A stretch of DNA of 64,000 nt from Candidatus Phaeomarinibacter sp. (lineage in GTDB: Bacteria > Pseudomonadota > Alphaproteobacteria > CGMCC-115125), in assembly GCA_050042885.1 (NCBI GenBank), contig JBHJJF010000009.1:25000-88999 (forward strand), in the 5' to 3' direction. The notes beneath the pieces are model-generated. The model worked only from the letters and a program-made list of their open reading frames with translations. It was not told the origin of the DNA and did no database searches. Positions 38,748 through 49,009 of the stretch are shown in pieces; within the stretch, counting starts at the first letter, position 1, and each line of letters opens with the position of its first letter. Made by a program: the position numbers and the translations under genes.

Positions 38748-38910
38748 TGTCGCCCTCCAGATTGAGAAGAGGGAAATTATGTAGCGGTCGCTACATTTTG
38801 TCCAGACCGCCTATGGAACCCTTGCCCACTCGGTTCCAAAACACCGTCCTTGCAACACGCTCACCGGTCCCGCATCTTGCCGCCCAACAATGCGACAAAG
38901 GACACGCCCC

Positions 38911-39189
38911 ATGCTTTATGCCCTCACCTGCATCGACAAGCCCGACAGCGAAGACCTGCGCCTCGCCAACCGGGAGGCCCACCTGGCCTATTGGGGTGAG
39001 ACCGGCAAGGTAAAGCTCGGCGGACCCTTCACCGATGATTCCGGCGAGCACATGGAAGGGTCCTATCTGGTGATTGAAGTGGCGGATCGCGCCGAAGCAG
39101 AACACCTCCAGGCAGACGACCCCTACCAGACGGCCGGTCTGTTCGCCCGCGTCGACATCCGCGCCTGGAAATGGCTGCTAGGCAACTAG
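38911..39189 (+). CDS. YciI family protein
   Basis: R.ANREAHL, GGP, DPY..AGLF. Confidence 0.9.
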   Translation: MLYALTCIDKPDSEDLRLANREAHLAYWGETGKVKLGGPFTDDSGEHMEGSYLVIEVADRAEAEHLQADDPYQTAGLFARVDIRAWKWLLGN

Positions 39190-39191
39190 CC

Positions 39192-39524
39192 GTGTCTCAA
39201 GAACCTCGCCTTTGGATTGTCCTGGGGACCGACCATCCCGACAACACGGAAAAACGCATGGCCGCACGCCCGGCGCATTTCGCCTATTGGGAAGATCGCA
39301 AGGACGCGAACGGCAACGCCATCATGCAGATGGGCGGCCCGGTCACCGATGAAGCAGGCGAAACCATGATCGGCTCGATGTTCATCCTTCGCCTGCCAAC
39401 CTTGGCGGAGGCGGAAGCGCTGCTGGCCAACGACCCCTATGTGACGCAGGGCGTATTTGAAACCTATGAGATCAGGCCGTGGAAATGGCTGGTCGGAACA
39501 CCACAAGGTGGAGAGAAAAACTGA
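39192..39524 (+). CDS. YciI family protein (tandem paralog)
   Basis: RMAARPAHF, GGP, MIGS, NDPY..GVF. Confidence 0.85.
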   Translation: MSQEPRLWIVLGTDHPDNTEKRMAARPAHFAYWEDRKDANGNAIMQMGGPVTDEAGETMIGSMFILRLPTLAEAEALLANDPYVTQGVFETYEIRPWKWLVGTPQGGEKN

Positions 39525-39952
39525 TGGCCTACTGGCTCTTTAAATCCGAACCCGGAACTTGGTCATGGGACGACCAGGTCGAATGCGGCGCCAAAGGCAC
39601 CGAGTGGGACGGCGTGCGCAACTACATGGCTAACAACTTCATGAAAGACATGAAAATCGGCGACAAAGGCTTCTTCTATCACTCGGTGAACGAAAAGCAG
39701 GTCGTCGGCATTGTAGAGGTCATCGGCGAACACGTGATGGACCCGACGGACGCCAAAGGCAAGTTCGGCATGGTCCAGCTCAAGGCAGTTGAGCAGATGC
39801 CTACTTTTGTCACCCTGGCCGACATCAAGGGCGACCCGGCACTCGAAGAAATGGTGCTGGTCAAAAATTCGCGCCTATCCGTACAGCCGGTCACCGCCGC
39901 TGAATGGAAAAAGGTCTGCGCCATGGGCGGCCTCAAGAAAGCGCCTAAGTAG
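39524..39952 (+). CDS. EVE domain protein
   Basis: YWLFKSEP, WDGVRNY, FFYHS, SRLSVQPV. Confidence 0.95.
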   Translation: MAYWLFKSEPGTWSWDDQVECGAKGTEWDGVRNYMANNFMKDMKIGDKGFFYHSVNEKQVVGIVEVIGEHVMDPTDAKGKFGMVQLKAVEQMPTFVTLADIKGDPALEEMVLVKNSRLSVQPVTAAEWKKVCAMGGLKKAPK

Positions 39953-39958
39953 AAGGCA

Positions 39959-40402
39959 TCAAGTGGCGGGCCGCTCGCCGAGGTCTTCAAAGAATCGCAG
40001 CAGATAGCCGTCAGGGTCGGCAACTGCAAACTGCCGGTTGCCCCGCTCGATATCGCCGGCGCGATACCATTTGTCCTCCAGCGGAAGAAAAAGAGTGATG
40101 TCGGCCTCCTCCAGTGCCGCGAGCAGTTGGGCAATATCATCGACCTCAATCTGCAGATTAAGGCCACGCCCGAACGGGCGCTCGAGCGCAGCACCCTCCA
40201 CGGCAAAGGTCCGCCCTTCGCTTGCCTGATCGAGCATCAGCTGCGCCCCATCGCGGGACAGAAATCCGAATCCTTCCTCGGGCCGCTCATAGCTCACATC
40301 AAACCCCAGCACGTCCTGGTAGAAGGCAAGGCTCGTTGCGTAGTCGCTGACCGTAAGTTCCGGAACAAGGGTGTTTTGCACGGTGTTGGTTCCTGATGTC
40401 AT
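39959..40402 (-). CDS. VOC / glyoxalase-bleomycin resistance family protein
   Basis: LVPEL.V.D...SLAFY, GRGLNLQI, DPDGYLLRF. Confidence 0.9.
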   Translation of the reverse strand: MTSGTNTVQNTLVPELTVSDYATSLAFYQDVLGFDVSYERPEEGFGFLSRDGAQLMLDQASEGRTFAVEGAALERPFGRGLNLQIEVDDIAQLLAALEEADITLFLPLEDKWYRAGDIERGNRQFAVADPDGYLLRFFEDLGERPAT

Positions 40403-40450
40403 ATGAGCAGCCTATGTTGGCACTCCTGTTAACCGGACCCTTATCTCAGC

Positions 40451-40939
40451 ATGACACTGCTCACGCCACCCTCATTGCCTCTCCAAGGCGGCTGCCAGTG
40501 CGGCGCGGTGCGCTACACGATTTCAGGCCCGCCCGTCGTCTTCTATCTGTGCCACTGCACCGAGTGCCAGAAACAGACATCCAGTGCCTTCGGGGAAAGC
40601 CTGCGCGTGAACCTCGCAGACTTCACCATCGACGGGTCGACAAAAGTCTTCCTGCGGCCCATCGCAAAAGGCGGCCACCAGACCTGCACTTTCTGTGACA
40701 CCTGCGGCACGCGCCTGACCCATCAGCGTCCTGGCTATGGCGACAAGCTCAACGTCAAGGCCGGCACGCTGGACGATGCCTCCTGGCTGGTGCCTGCCGG
40801 ACATATCTGGACGTCATCCAAACAGGCCCACATGACAATCCGCGACGATGAATTGTCCTACCCGCATCAGCCGGAGAGTGACGAAGCGCTTGAAGCGACA
40901 TGGCAGGCGATGACACCGGACTGGTATCCGCGGTCATGA
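40451..40939 (+). CDS. GFA family protein
   Basis: GGCQCG, CHCTECQK, FCDTCGT. Confidence 0.92.
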   Translation: MTLLTPPSLPLQGGCQCGAVRYTISGPPVVFYLCHCTECQKQTSSAFGESLRVNLADFTIDGSTKVFLRPIAKGGHQTCTFCDTCGTRLTHQRPGYGDKLNVKAGTLDDASWLVPAGHIWTSSKQAHMTIRDDELSYPHQPESDEALEATWQAMTPDWYPRS

Positions 40940-41310
40940 GCACCCAGGACTGGCGGACCCGCCCCGGCGCACCAAGCACCGGAACCCAACTGTGCCCGCT
41001 GCATGAAATTCGCGAGCCCGGGGCCCGCGGCTTTCTATTCGGGGAAGGCAAGGAGCGGTTCGACATGTTTGTCGTGCGCCGGGACGCAGACGTATTTGCC
41101 TATGTCAACGAGTGCCCGCATGCCTTCACCCCGCTGGAGACCTGGCCGGACAAATTTCTGACCCTCGCGGAAGACGAGATCGTCTGCTCCACCCATGGCG
41201 CCCTCTTCAACATGGATGACGGCCTGTGCACCTCCGGCCCCTGCACCGGCAAGGCGCTGATCCCCATTCCCGTCATCGTCGAAAATGGTATGATCACCAT
41301 CAGCCAATAA
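40936..41310 (+). CDS. Rieske [2Fe-2S] ferredoxin
   Basis: CPH...CSTHGA, GPC. Confidence 0.92.
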   Translation: MSTQDWRTRPGAPSTGTQLCPLHEIREPGARGFLFGEGKERFDMFVVRRDADVFAYVNECPHAFTPLETWPDKFLTLAEDEIVCSTHGALFNMDDGLCTSGPCTGKALIPIPVIVENGMITISQ

Positions 41311-41340
41311 GGCTAGATTAAGGGTTAGGGGACATATTTT

Positions 41341-41742
41341 ATGGATATTCTTGCCAATCTGAACTGGCTGGCCGTGCTGGCTGCTGCCATCGCGGGTTTT
41401 GCCACGGGTGCTGTCTGGTACGGCGTTTTTGCCAAGCCATGGATGGCCGCCGCCGGCCTCACCGTCGACGACATCACCCAGGAAGCGTCCACTTACATTC
41501 TTGCGGGCGTCCTGCAGATCGGCATGGCCATCACCCTCGCCTTAGTCATTGCCCAGACCGGCATCGCCTCATGGCTCGGCGGCGCCATTCTTGGCTTTGT
41601 CGTCGGCATCGGACTCGTCACCGCGAACAAGGCACTCAATGCGGCGTTTCAGGGCACCAGCCGCAACCTCGTCATCATCGACGGGTTGCACGCCGCCGTC
41701 GCTTTCGCCTTCATGGGCGCCATTCTCGGCGGGTGGCAATAA
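41341..41742 (+). CDS. DUF1761 family membrane protein
   Basis: NWLAVLAA, GAVWYG..F.K.W, IDG. Confidence 0.85.
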   Translation: MDILANLNWLAVLAAAIAGFATGAVWYGVFAKPWMAAAGLTVDDITQEASTYILAGVLQIGMAITLALVIAQTGIASWLGGAILGFVVGIGLVTANKALNAAFQGTSRNLVIIDGLHAAVAFAFMGAILGGWQ

Positions 41743-41748
41743 GGCAGG

Positions 41749-42495
41749 TCAGCTCGCCGCGAAAGCCTCAAAACTGCTCTTGAGGCCCGTAACAGACAGT
41801 GCCACCAGCTTGCCGCCATCTTCCGGGTTGGCCAGCGTCGGGTCAGAGCCCATGCGCCCATCGGGAAATTTGTTGCGGTAGTCTTCCGCATCCGTGAACC
41901 GGCCATTGGGCGCGATGGTCGGACTGACCTCGGCAGTCTTGATACAGTCCGGATAAGCCCACTGCGTCACCGCGACTTCGGACGGGGTGGCGTGGCTACC
42001 ATGGCCTTTCCCGTATGTCTTCATGCACATGTCCATGACGGGCTTGTAGTCCCACCAGTTGTCCAGCTTGCACTTGATGGGCCCACGATTTGTCGCGTCA
42101 CCAGCGAGCGAGCGGTCCGCATAGATTTCGGAGAAGGCCGCATTGATGGTGGCGATGTTGCCGCCATGGCCATTGAAGAACAGAACCCGTTCAAAGCCGT
42201 GCACCGCCAGCGACGACACCCAGTCATGAATGGCCGCGATCATCGTCGAGGGCCTGAGCGTCATCGACCCGGCAAAGCCCAGATGATGCTGCGCGCAGCC
42301 CACATTGAAGGTCGGCCCGACGAGAATGTCCGCATCCTTCTGGGCTTCATGAGAAATGATTTCCGGACACAGCGCATCCGTACCGATCAGCCCCGTGGGC
42401 CCGTGCTGTTCGGTCGATCCGATGGGAATGACAATGGCTTTTGACCGGGTGAGGTAGTCATCAACTTCCTGCCAGGTGGAGTGGTGCAACAGCAT
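41749..42495 (-). CDS. Creatininase family protein
   Basis: PIGSTEQHG, GTD, NGHGGN, HATPSE. Confidence 0.92.
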   Translation of the reverse strand: MLLHHSTWQEVDDYLTRSKAIVIPIGSTEQHGPTGLIGTDALCPEIISHEAQKDADILVGPTFNVGCAQHHLGFAGSMTLRPSTMIAAIHDWVSSLAVHGFERVLFFNGHGGNIATINAAFSEIYADRSLAGDATNRGPIKCKLDNWWDYKPVMDMCMKTYGKGHGSHATPSEVAVTQWAYPDCIKTAEVSPTIAPNGRFTDAEDYRNKFPDGRMGSDPTLANPEDGGKLVALSVTGLKSSFEAFAAS

Positions 42496-42566
42496 GTATG
42501 AGGGCCTTGATTGAATATGTGAGGGACCAGCTTGACCCGAAAGCCGCAACCACGGCAAATCACCTC

Positions 42567-43019
42567 ATGACCAACATCACCATCAGACCCGCAAAACCCG
42601 AAGACGCGGCGGCCATTGCGCGGGCCTTCACGCCTGCGCGCGCCGCCATGCCCGGCGTGCCGGTGATCCACACCGCGGACGAAGACCTATGGTTCATCAC
42701 CAACAAAATGCTGCCTGAATGCTCGGTCGTTGTGGCGGAGGCAGATGACATCATCACTGGCGTTGCCGCCTATACGGAGACAAGGCTGGAGCAGCTCTAT
42801 GTGGACCCGGCCCATCACCGCAAAGGCATCGGCCTGGCGCTGCTGACCCACGCGATGCGCGAACGCCCTGATGGCCTTGAGCTATGGGGGTTCCAGAGCA
42901 ACGCCCCGGCCCGTGCCTTGTATGAATCCCAAGGCTTCCGCTGCGTCGAGCTGACAGACGGCCAATCAAATGAAGAAAAATGCCCGGATGCACGCTATAG
43001 CTGGCCGGGAAATCTCTAG
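42567..43019 (+). CDS. GNAT family N-acetyltransferase
   Basis: LYVDP.H.RKGIG, N..ARALYE..GF, NEEKCPD. Confidence 0.9.
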   Translation: MTNITIRPAKPEDAAAIARAFTPARAAMPGVPVIHTADEDLWFITNKMLPECSVVVAEADDIITGVAAYTETRLEQLYVDPAHHRKGIGLALLTHAMRERPDGLELWGFQSNAPARALYESQGFRCVELTDGQSNEEKCPDARYSWPGNL

Positions 43020-43048
43020 CGATCCCTCCTGATACGGACACCAGGCTC

Positions 43049-44296
43049 ATGACCGAAACAAAAAACACAGGCCCCCTTGCGGGCGTGAAGATCGTCGACT
43101 GCACCTCTGTGGTGCTCGGCGCCTATGCCATGCAGATCATGGGTGACCTTGGGGCAGAGGTGATCAAGATTGAAGCGCCGACAGCCGAAGGCTCGCCTGG
43201 TGGTGACATATTGCGCTGGGGTGGCAAGTCTCCCGTGGGTCCGGGCATGGGACCGCTCTACATGACCTACAACCGCAACAAGCGCTCCGTCATGCTCGAC
43301 CTCAAGAAGGAAGATGCCCGCGAGGCCCTTAGAACCCTCATCAAGGACGCAGATGTCTTCGCCTCCAACATCCGCTATGCGGGCATGGAGCGGCTGGGCA
43401 TCGACTATGAGGGTGTCAAGAAGATCAACCCGGAAATCGTCTATGTGCACGCCGCAGGCTTCGGCAAGGACGGCGCCTATGGCGGTCTGCAGGCCTATGA
43501 CGATCTGATCCAGGCAGCATCCGGCGGCACCGCCCTGCTGCCACGCGTCAACAAGCGCGCCGGCCTTGAAGGCGAGCAGTTTGAACGCCCCGCCTATCTG
43601 CCAAGCCTCGTCGCCGACAAGACGACCGGCCTGCACATGGTCTACGCGACGCTCGCCGCGCTTTATCACAAGCAGCGCACCGGCGAGGGCCAGTTCGTGG
43701 AAGTGCCCATGCTCGAATGCTTCACCAGCTTCACCATGAGCGAGAACCTCTACGGCCACTGCTTCGAGCCCCCCGTGGGCGGCTACGGCTACTCCCGCGT
43801 GCTCAACCCGAACAGGCGCCCCTTCAAGACCAAGGACGGTTATCTCTCAATCGTTCCGTATTCGGATCGTCAATGGGATGACTTCTTCGAACTTGGCGGT
43901 CGCAAGGGCCTGCTGCAGGACGACGAGCGCTTCAACACCTACCAGAACCGCACCCAGAACGTGCTGGCGCTCTACGCCCTGGTGGAAGAAGTGGCCCAGA
44001 CCCGCACCAGCGAGGAATGGATCGACCTCCTGAAGCAGAAGAACATCCCCGCCATGCGCGTCAACCGCCTCGACGACGTCACCAACGACCCGCATCTGCA
44101 ATCCATCCGCTTCTTCGAACACCACCAGCACCCCACCGAAGGCACCTATGTGGCCATGAAGCAGCCGGTGAATTTTGAGAAGACCCCCGCGACCCACCGC
44201 CACCATCCACCAGCGCTAGGCGTAGACACGGAGGCTGTATTGCGGGAGGCTGGGTTGAGCGATGAAGAGGTTAGAAACGTTGCCGAAGGTGCGTGA
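43049..44296 (+). CDS. CaiB/BaiF family (class III) CoA transferase
   Basis: GPLAGVKIVD, DLGAEVIKIE, NRNKRS, AYDDLIQA. Confidence 0.95.
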   Translation: MTETKNTGPLAGVKIVDCTSVVLGAYAMQIMGDLGAEVIKIEAPTAEGSPGGDILRWGGKSPVGPGMGPLYMTYNRNKRSVMLDLKKEDAREALRTLIKDADVFASNIRYAGMERLGIDYEGVKKINPEIVYVHAAGFGKDGAYGGLQAYDDLIQAASGGTALLPRVNKRAGLEGEQFERPAYLPSLVADKTTGLHMVYATLAALYHKQRTGEGQFVEVPMLECFTSFTMSENLYGHCFEPPVGGYGYSRVLNPNRRPFKTKDGYLSIVPYSDRQWDDFFELGGRKGLLQDDERFNTYQNRTQNVLALYALVEEVAQTRTSEEWIDLLKQKNIPAMRVNRLDDVTNDPHLQSIRFFEHHQHPTEGTYVAMKQPVNFEKTPATHRHHPPALGVDTEAVLREAGLSDEEVRNVAEGA

Positions 44297-44709
44297 CGTC
44301 TTTGGGAACTGAAATCGTCATTTTTCTGATACCGGTTTTTTCAGCGCTTCTTGGCGCCGTGGCTATCAGGATTTCTGCTCTGACCAAGCCGATTGACTCC
44401 GGCGGTTTTGGCTACCGAATGCTGCTTCTCATGGGGGCCTGGTTAGCTTGGTACCTTTGGTCTTTGTATGACCGCCTGAGCGGCCAATTGGGCGCCAACT
44501 ACCTACCCCAATTCCACATCCAGTTTTTAATGTTCACGCTGCCGTTCGTCGGGATACCGGTGAGTTACTGGTCGGCCAAGCTGCTAACCAACTTCAAGCG
44601 GTCACGATGGTGGGCCCTTTGCCTTGAACCGGTCAAAACCCTTCTATTGATCTTGGGCATTCTCATTTTCAATCTCTATTTCTATGTCGTTGGAGTGGAG
44701 TTTTCATAG
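44293..44709 (+). CDS. Hypothetical membrane protein, AT-richer than neighbours
   Basis: Four hydrophobic segments; GTGA overlap with the upstream stop. Confidence 0.5.
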   Translation: MTSLGTEIVIFLIPVFSALLGAVAIRISALTKPIDSGGFGYRMLLLMGAWLAWYLWSLYDRLSGQLGANYLPQFHIQFLMFTLPFVGIPVSYWSAKLLTNFKRSRWWALCLEPVKTLLLILGILIFNLYFYVVGVEFS

Positions 44710-44776
44710 TCATCAAGCTGCCATGAGGCCCAGTGGACCGTCAGCATTAGCTGGCGGACGACACCACATCACCCTA

Positions 44777-44869
44777 TCCGTGTCCCCGGACTTGATCCGG
44801 GGCCTACTCGCAACCGATCAACTGTGCGGCATCCGCGAGTGGACCCCGGATCAAGTCCGGGGATACGGA
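44777..44869. repeat. REP/RPE-like palindromic element (35-bp arms, each with an internal CCGGACTTGATCCGG hairpin)
   Basis: TCCGTGTCCCCGGACTTGATCCGGGGCCTACTCGC ... GCGAGTGGACCCCGGATCAAGTCCGGGGATACGGA, three mismatches. Confidence 0.85.
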
Positions 44870-45066
44870 CGGTAAGCATCGCCGACGACATCAGAAGAGT
44901 TGCCTTTTTGACCCATCTCAATGCCTCCAGCGCTTGCCCCGCACCGCCACCCGTCCCCATAATGCGGCCAAGAAAATGTCATGGGCTGGGAGGGTCTTCT
45001 GACTGACGGTTGGGCTGCTATACGCGCCCTTACCTCCCGGATCACAATTGCGTTCAGGGAGCCACC

Positions 45067-47019
45067 ATGTCCGACGAATTGATAAAAGTCCCCGCCGACT
45101 GGGCCAAGTCCGCCTATGTGGACGACGCCAAATACAAAGCGATGTACGAACAATCGATCTCCGACCCCGTCGCCTTCTGGGGCGAGCACGGCAAGCGGGT
45201 GGACTGGATCAAGCCTTACACCAAGGTGAAGGACGTCTCGTATCACGAGCGCGATCTGCACATTAAGTGGTACGAGGATGGCACCCTCAATGTCTGCCAC
45301 AACTGTGTCGACCGGCATGTTGCCGACAAGGGCGACCAGGTGGCGATCATCTGGGAGGGCGATGACCCCTCCGTTGACCAGTCCATCACCTACACGCAGC
45401 TGCACCACCATGTGCAGCGCTTTGCCAATGTGCTGAAGGATCAGGGCGTCAAGAAGGGTGATCGTGTCACCATCTACATGCCGATGATCCCCGAAGCCGC
45501 ATACGCCATGCTGGCCTGCGCGCGCATCGGTGCGGTGCACTCCATCGTCTTTGGCGGCTTCTCGCCGGATGCCCTGGCAGGCCGCATTCTGGATTGCGAC
45601 AGCAAGTTCGTCATCACGTCTGACGAAGGCGTGCGCGGCGGCCGCCCGGTCCCGCTGAAGGAAAATACCGACGACGCCCTGGAGTCATGCCCGGACGTTG
45701 AGAGCGTCATCGTAGTGGAACACACCGGCGGTTCCGTCTCCATGAAAGAGGGGCGCGACGTCTGGTATCACGAGGTCGCAGGCCGCGTGGACCATGAATG
45801 CCCCTGCGAGGAAATGGGCGCGGAAGACCCGCTCTTCATCCACTAAACGTCGGGTTCCACCGGCAAACCCAAGGGCGTGCTGCACACCACCGGCGGCTAT
45901 CTCGTCTATGCGTCGATGACCCATCCATATGTCTTCGCCTACAAACCCGGTGACCTCTACTGGTGCACGGCCGCTGTGGGCTGGGTCACCGGCCCCAGCC
46001 ACATCCTGTACGGACCATTCGCCAATCGTGCGACCACCCTGATGTTTGAAGGCGTGCCGACCTATCCGGACTCATCACGCTGCTGGCAGGTCTGCGACAA
46101 GCACAACGTCAATATCTTTTACACAGCCCCCACCGCCATCCGTGCCTTGTTGCGTGATGGCGATGAGCCGGTGACAAAAACATCGCGCAAGAGCCTGCGT
46201 CTGCTCGGCTCCGTAGGCGAACCCATCAACCCGGAAGCCTGGAACAGGTACCACCGCGTAGTCGGCGATAGCCGCTGCCCCATCGTCGACACCTGGTGGC
46301 AGACGGAAACAGGCGGCATCCTCATCACGCCCCTGCCCGGCGCAACGGACCTCAAGCCCGGCTCGGCCACCCGCCCCTTCTTCGGCGTCGAGCCGGTCCT
46401 GGTGGACAATGACGGCCACCCCCTCAAGGGAGCCACATCGGGCAATCTGTGCATCGCGGACTCATGGCCCGGCCAGATGCGGACAGTCTATGGCGACCAC
46501 AAGCGCTTCTTCGAGACGTATTTCAGCCAGTTCAAGGGCAAGTATTTCTCCGGCGCTGGCTGCCGCCGCGACGAAGCCGGCTACTACTGGCTCACCGGCC
46601 GCGTCGACGACGTGCTGAACGTCTCCGGCCACCGCATGGGCACTGCCGAAGTGGAAAGCGCGCTCGTGTCACATCCGCTGGTGGCCGAAAGCGCCGTCGT
46701 CGGCTACCCGCACGACATCAAGGGCCAGGGCATTTATGCCTATGTGACGCTCAATCAGGGCGAAGACCCGTCCGACGATCTCAAGAAGGAACTCGTCCAG
46801 CACGTCCGCAAGGAGATCGGCCCCATCGCCTCACCTGACCTGCTGCAATGGGCGCCAGGCCTCCCCAAAACCCGCTCCGGTAAAATCATGCGCCGCATCC
46901 TCCGCAAGATCGCAGAGGACGATTTTTCCAACCTCGGCGACACCTCGACACTGGCAGACCCCAGCGTCGTCGACGACCTCATCAACAACCGCCAGAACCT
47001 GGGCGGCGAGAGCGGGTAA
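45067..47019 (+). CDS. acs: Acetyl-CoA synthetase, interrupted by in-frame TAA at 45844-45846 (probable consensus error)
   Basis: [17 protein letters not shown] (family [16 protein letters not shown]), [21 protein letters not shown]; same frame on both sides of the stop. Confidence 0.92.
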
Positions 47020-47076
47020 GCGCACTTGGCGGCATGCACTCGACTGAATGGTGTATGCACGCCCCATCCACAATCA

Positions 47077-47107
47077 CCGTATCCCTCCGGCTTGACCGGA
47101 GGGCCCA
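47077..47107. repeat. Solo half of a related REP-like element
   Basis: CCGTATCCCTCCGGCTTGACCGGAGGGCCCA; same CCGTATCC end and CTTGA loop as 44777-44869. Confidence 0.7.
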
Positions 47108-47155
47108 TGGGCGTGTGCTATCCGAGATCAGAGTCGTCAAGCAGGATCGCATCTC

Positions 47156-47950
47156 ATGACCCCCAGAACAGTCCTCATCACCGGCGCATCTGCCGGCATC
47201 GGCAAGTGCTTTGCCGAGTTCTATGCGGCCAAAGGCTATGACCTCATCCTGACCGCCCGCCGCACCGACAGGCTGGCGGAGTTGGCAACGCAACTTTCTT
47301 CCGTACACGGCATAAAGTGTGAGACCATTTCCGCTGATCTCGCAGACACCGCGGCACCAGACGCCATCTGGGCGGAGCTCACCGCGCGCGGCCTCACGGT
47401 GGATGTGCTGATCAACAATGCCGGCTACGGCATGACCCATCATTTCACGGACTACGACTGGTGGGGCCACCGCGACTTCATCCAGATCATGGTGACCGCC
47501 TATGCCCAGCTTTGCCACCTCGCCCTGCCCGGCATGAAAGACCGCAAATACGGGCGCATCATCAACGTGGCGTCGCTTGCAGGCCTCGCGCCGGGCACGC
47601 TGGGGCACACGCTCTATGGCGCCTCCAAGGCTTTTCTCATCAAGATGTCCGAAAGCCTGTCGCTGGAAAACGAGGGAACAGGCGTCCATGTGACGGCGCT
47701 TAACCCGGGCTTCACACGCTCTGAATTTCACACCACTGCCGGGGTGCAGGAGACCGTGGACAGGATGCCCGAATGGATGTGGATGCAGGCACCGGACGTT
47801 GTGGCGGAAGCCTTTGAGGCCAGCGAAAAAGGCCTGGCGCAATGCGTTCCGGGCCGCGCCAACAAATTCACCGCAGTCGTGCTGCGCCTCTTCCCGCCGC
47901 GGCTGGCGTTGATGCTCTCCCGCCGGCGCGCGGCGGCACAGGATACCTAG
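47156..47950 (+). CDS. Short-chain dehydrogenase/reductase (DltE-like)
   Basis: TGASAGIG, NNAG, YGASK. Confidence 0.92.
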   Translation: MTPRTVLITGASAGIGKCFAEFYAAKGYDLILTARRTDRLAELATQLSSVHGIKCETISADLADTAAPDAIWAELTARGLTVDVLINNAGYGMTHHFTDYDWWGHRDFIQIMVTAYAQLCHLALPGMKDRKYGRIINVASLAGLAPGTLGHTLYGASKAFLIKMSESLSLENEGTGVHVTALNPGFTRSEFHTTAGVQETVDRMPEWMWMQAPDVVAEAFEASEKGLAQCVPGRANKFTAVVLRLFPPRLALMLSRRRAAAQDT

Positions 47951-47953
47951 CCG

Positions 47954-48655
47954 CTACCGGCAGATGCCCCATCCGCCGACCTCAAAATGAAAGTGATCTT
48001 TATGGTTCTCGTTGTAGTCCGGCGAGAGCACGGTCCCGAACGTGCTGCAGGACCCATCGCGGACATCCCGAAGAAACGCTGCCTTGCTGTCTCCAGCATC
48101 CCAATCACTCAGCACGGACACAGTACGGCCGTCTGTGAGCTTGAAGCCCGCCACGTCCAGGGCCTGCCCCGTCGCATGCGCGCTTCGCGGCCCGGCCAGG
48201 GCCCCATTGATGTTGCGGCAGGAGTAGGTGCCGTAGTGAACGACGCGCGAAACATCCGCACCCAGATGTTTTTGAGCAGCAGGCCCGACCACATGAATTT
48301 CCCACTGGGCGAGCGCCGCCATCATCGGACAGGTCACAGTGACACCGCCCCCGTAAAGGTAGCGGCCCTGTTTGAGCAGCAGACCCTGGTCGATGCCGCA
48401 GCCCTGTTCGTCGCTGGCAAGGCTGTGCGCGTCAACCTCAAGCCCCGCCGCCCGCACCGCGTTCACACAGGCCGGGAAGGACCGGTTGATCCGCGCCATC
48501 TTGAGAGGCGTCACGAAAGTGGGCGCGACCGTCAGATCGATTGGCGTGGACGGGTCATACCGGTCCGGCAGCAGTGGAAAGGCAAAAATGGAAACAAGCG
48601 CAACCCCAAAGACGAGAATGAGTGCGCGCCATGTGCGCCACCAGGCTTTCAGCAT
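47954..48655 (-). CDS. Extensin-like family protein
   Basis: GTYSCR, SAHATGQALD, LSPDYNENHKDHFH. Confidence 0.88.
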   Translation of the reverse strand: MLKAWWRTWRALILVFGVALVSIFAFPLLPDRYDPSTPIDLTVAPTFVTPLKMARINRSFPACVNAVRAAGLEVDAHSLASDEQGCGIDQGLLLKQGRYLYGGGVTVTCPMMAALAQWEIHVVGPAAQKHLGADVSRVVHYGTYSCRNINGALAGPRSAHATGQALDVAGFKLTDGRTVSVLSDWDAGDSKAAFLRDVRDGSCSTFGTVLSPDYNENHKDHFHFEVGGWGICR

Positions 48656-48664
48656 CCCGAACGC

Positions 48665-48868
48665 CTAGAAGTCCGACGCAATACCGTTGCGCTCCCAGTC
48701 GCCATATCGGGTCGGCTCTTCACCTTTGGGACCGTTGATTTCCTCTGGACGGTCTTCGGCCTGCTTTGCAGCAGCGGCACGGCGCTCTTCTGCTTCCACA
48801 AGCGCCCGTCGAGCGGCAGGCGTTAACTCTTTCGGGGTCTTAGCGGTCTTTTCGTGGTCATTGGCCAT
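48665..48868 (-). CDS. DUF1674 / SDH assembly factor 4-like protein
   Basis: C-terminal GPKGEEPTRYGDWERNGIASDF; start trimmed to MANDHE. Confidence 0.92.
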   Translation of the reverse strand: MANDHEKTAKTPKELTPAARRALVEAEERRAAAAKQAEDRPEEINGPKGEEPTRYGDWERNGIASDF

Positions 48869-49009
48869 CAGGGTCACCCGTCTTGAAGCGGTCACATCCA
48901 CGCGCCATATCTTAGACGCTTGTCTAGTCTGGAGGGCAAAGATCAATGTGAGGAAGGATATAGGCCTTCCTGTGGCGCTATCCAAACGGGTGGATAGATC
49001 ATTTGGCGT

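Noticed and set aside
23063-45846. Stop-codon recoding (pyrrolysine or an alternative genetic code) to explain the in-frame stops
   Set aside because: The two stops differ (TAG, TAA), both codons terminate many normal genes here, no pyl genes are present, and neighbouring substitutions point to base errors
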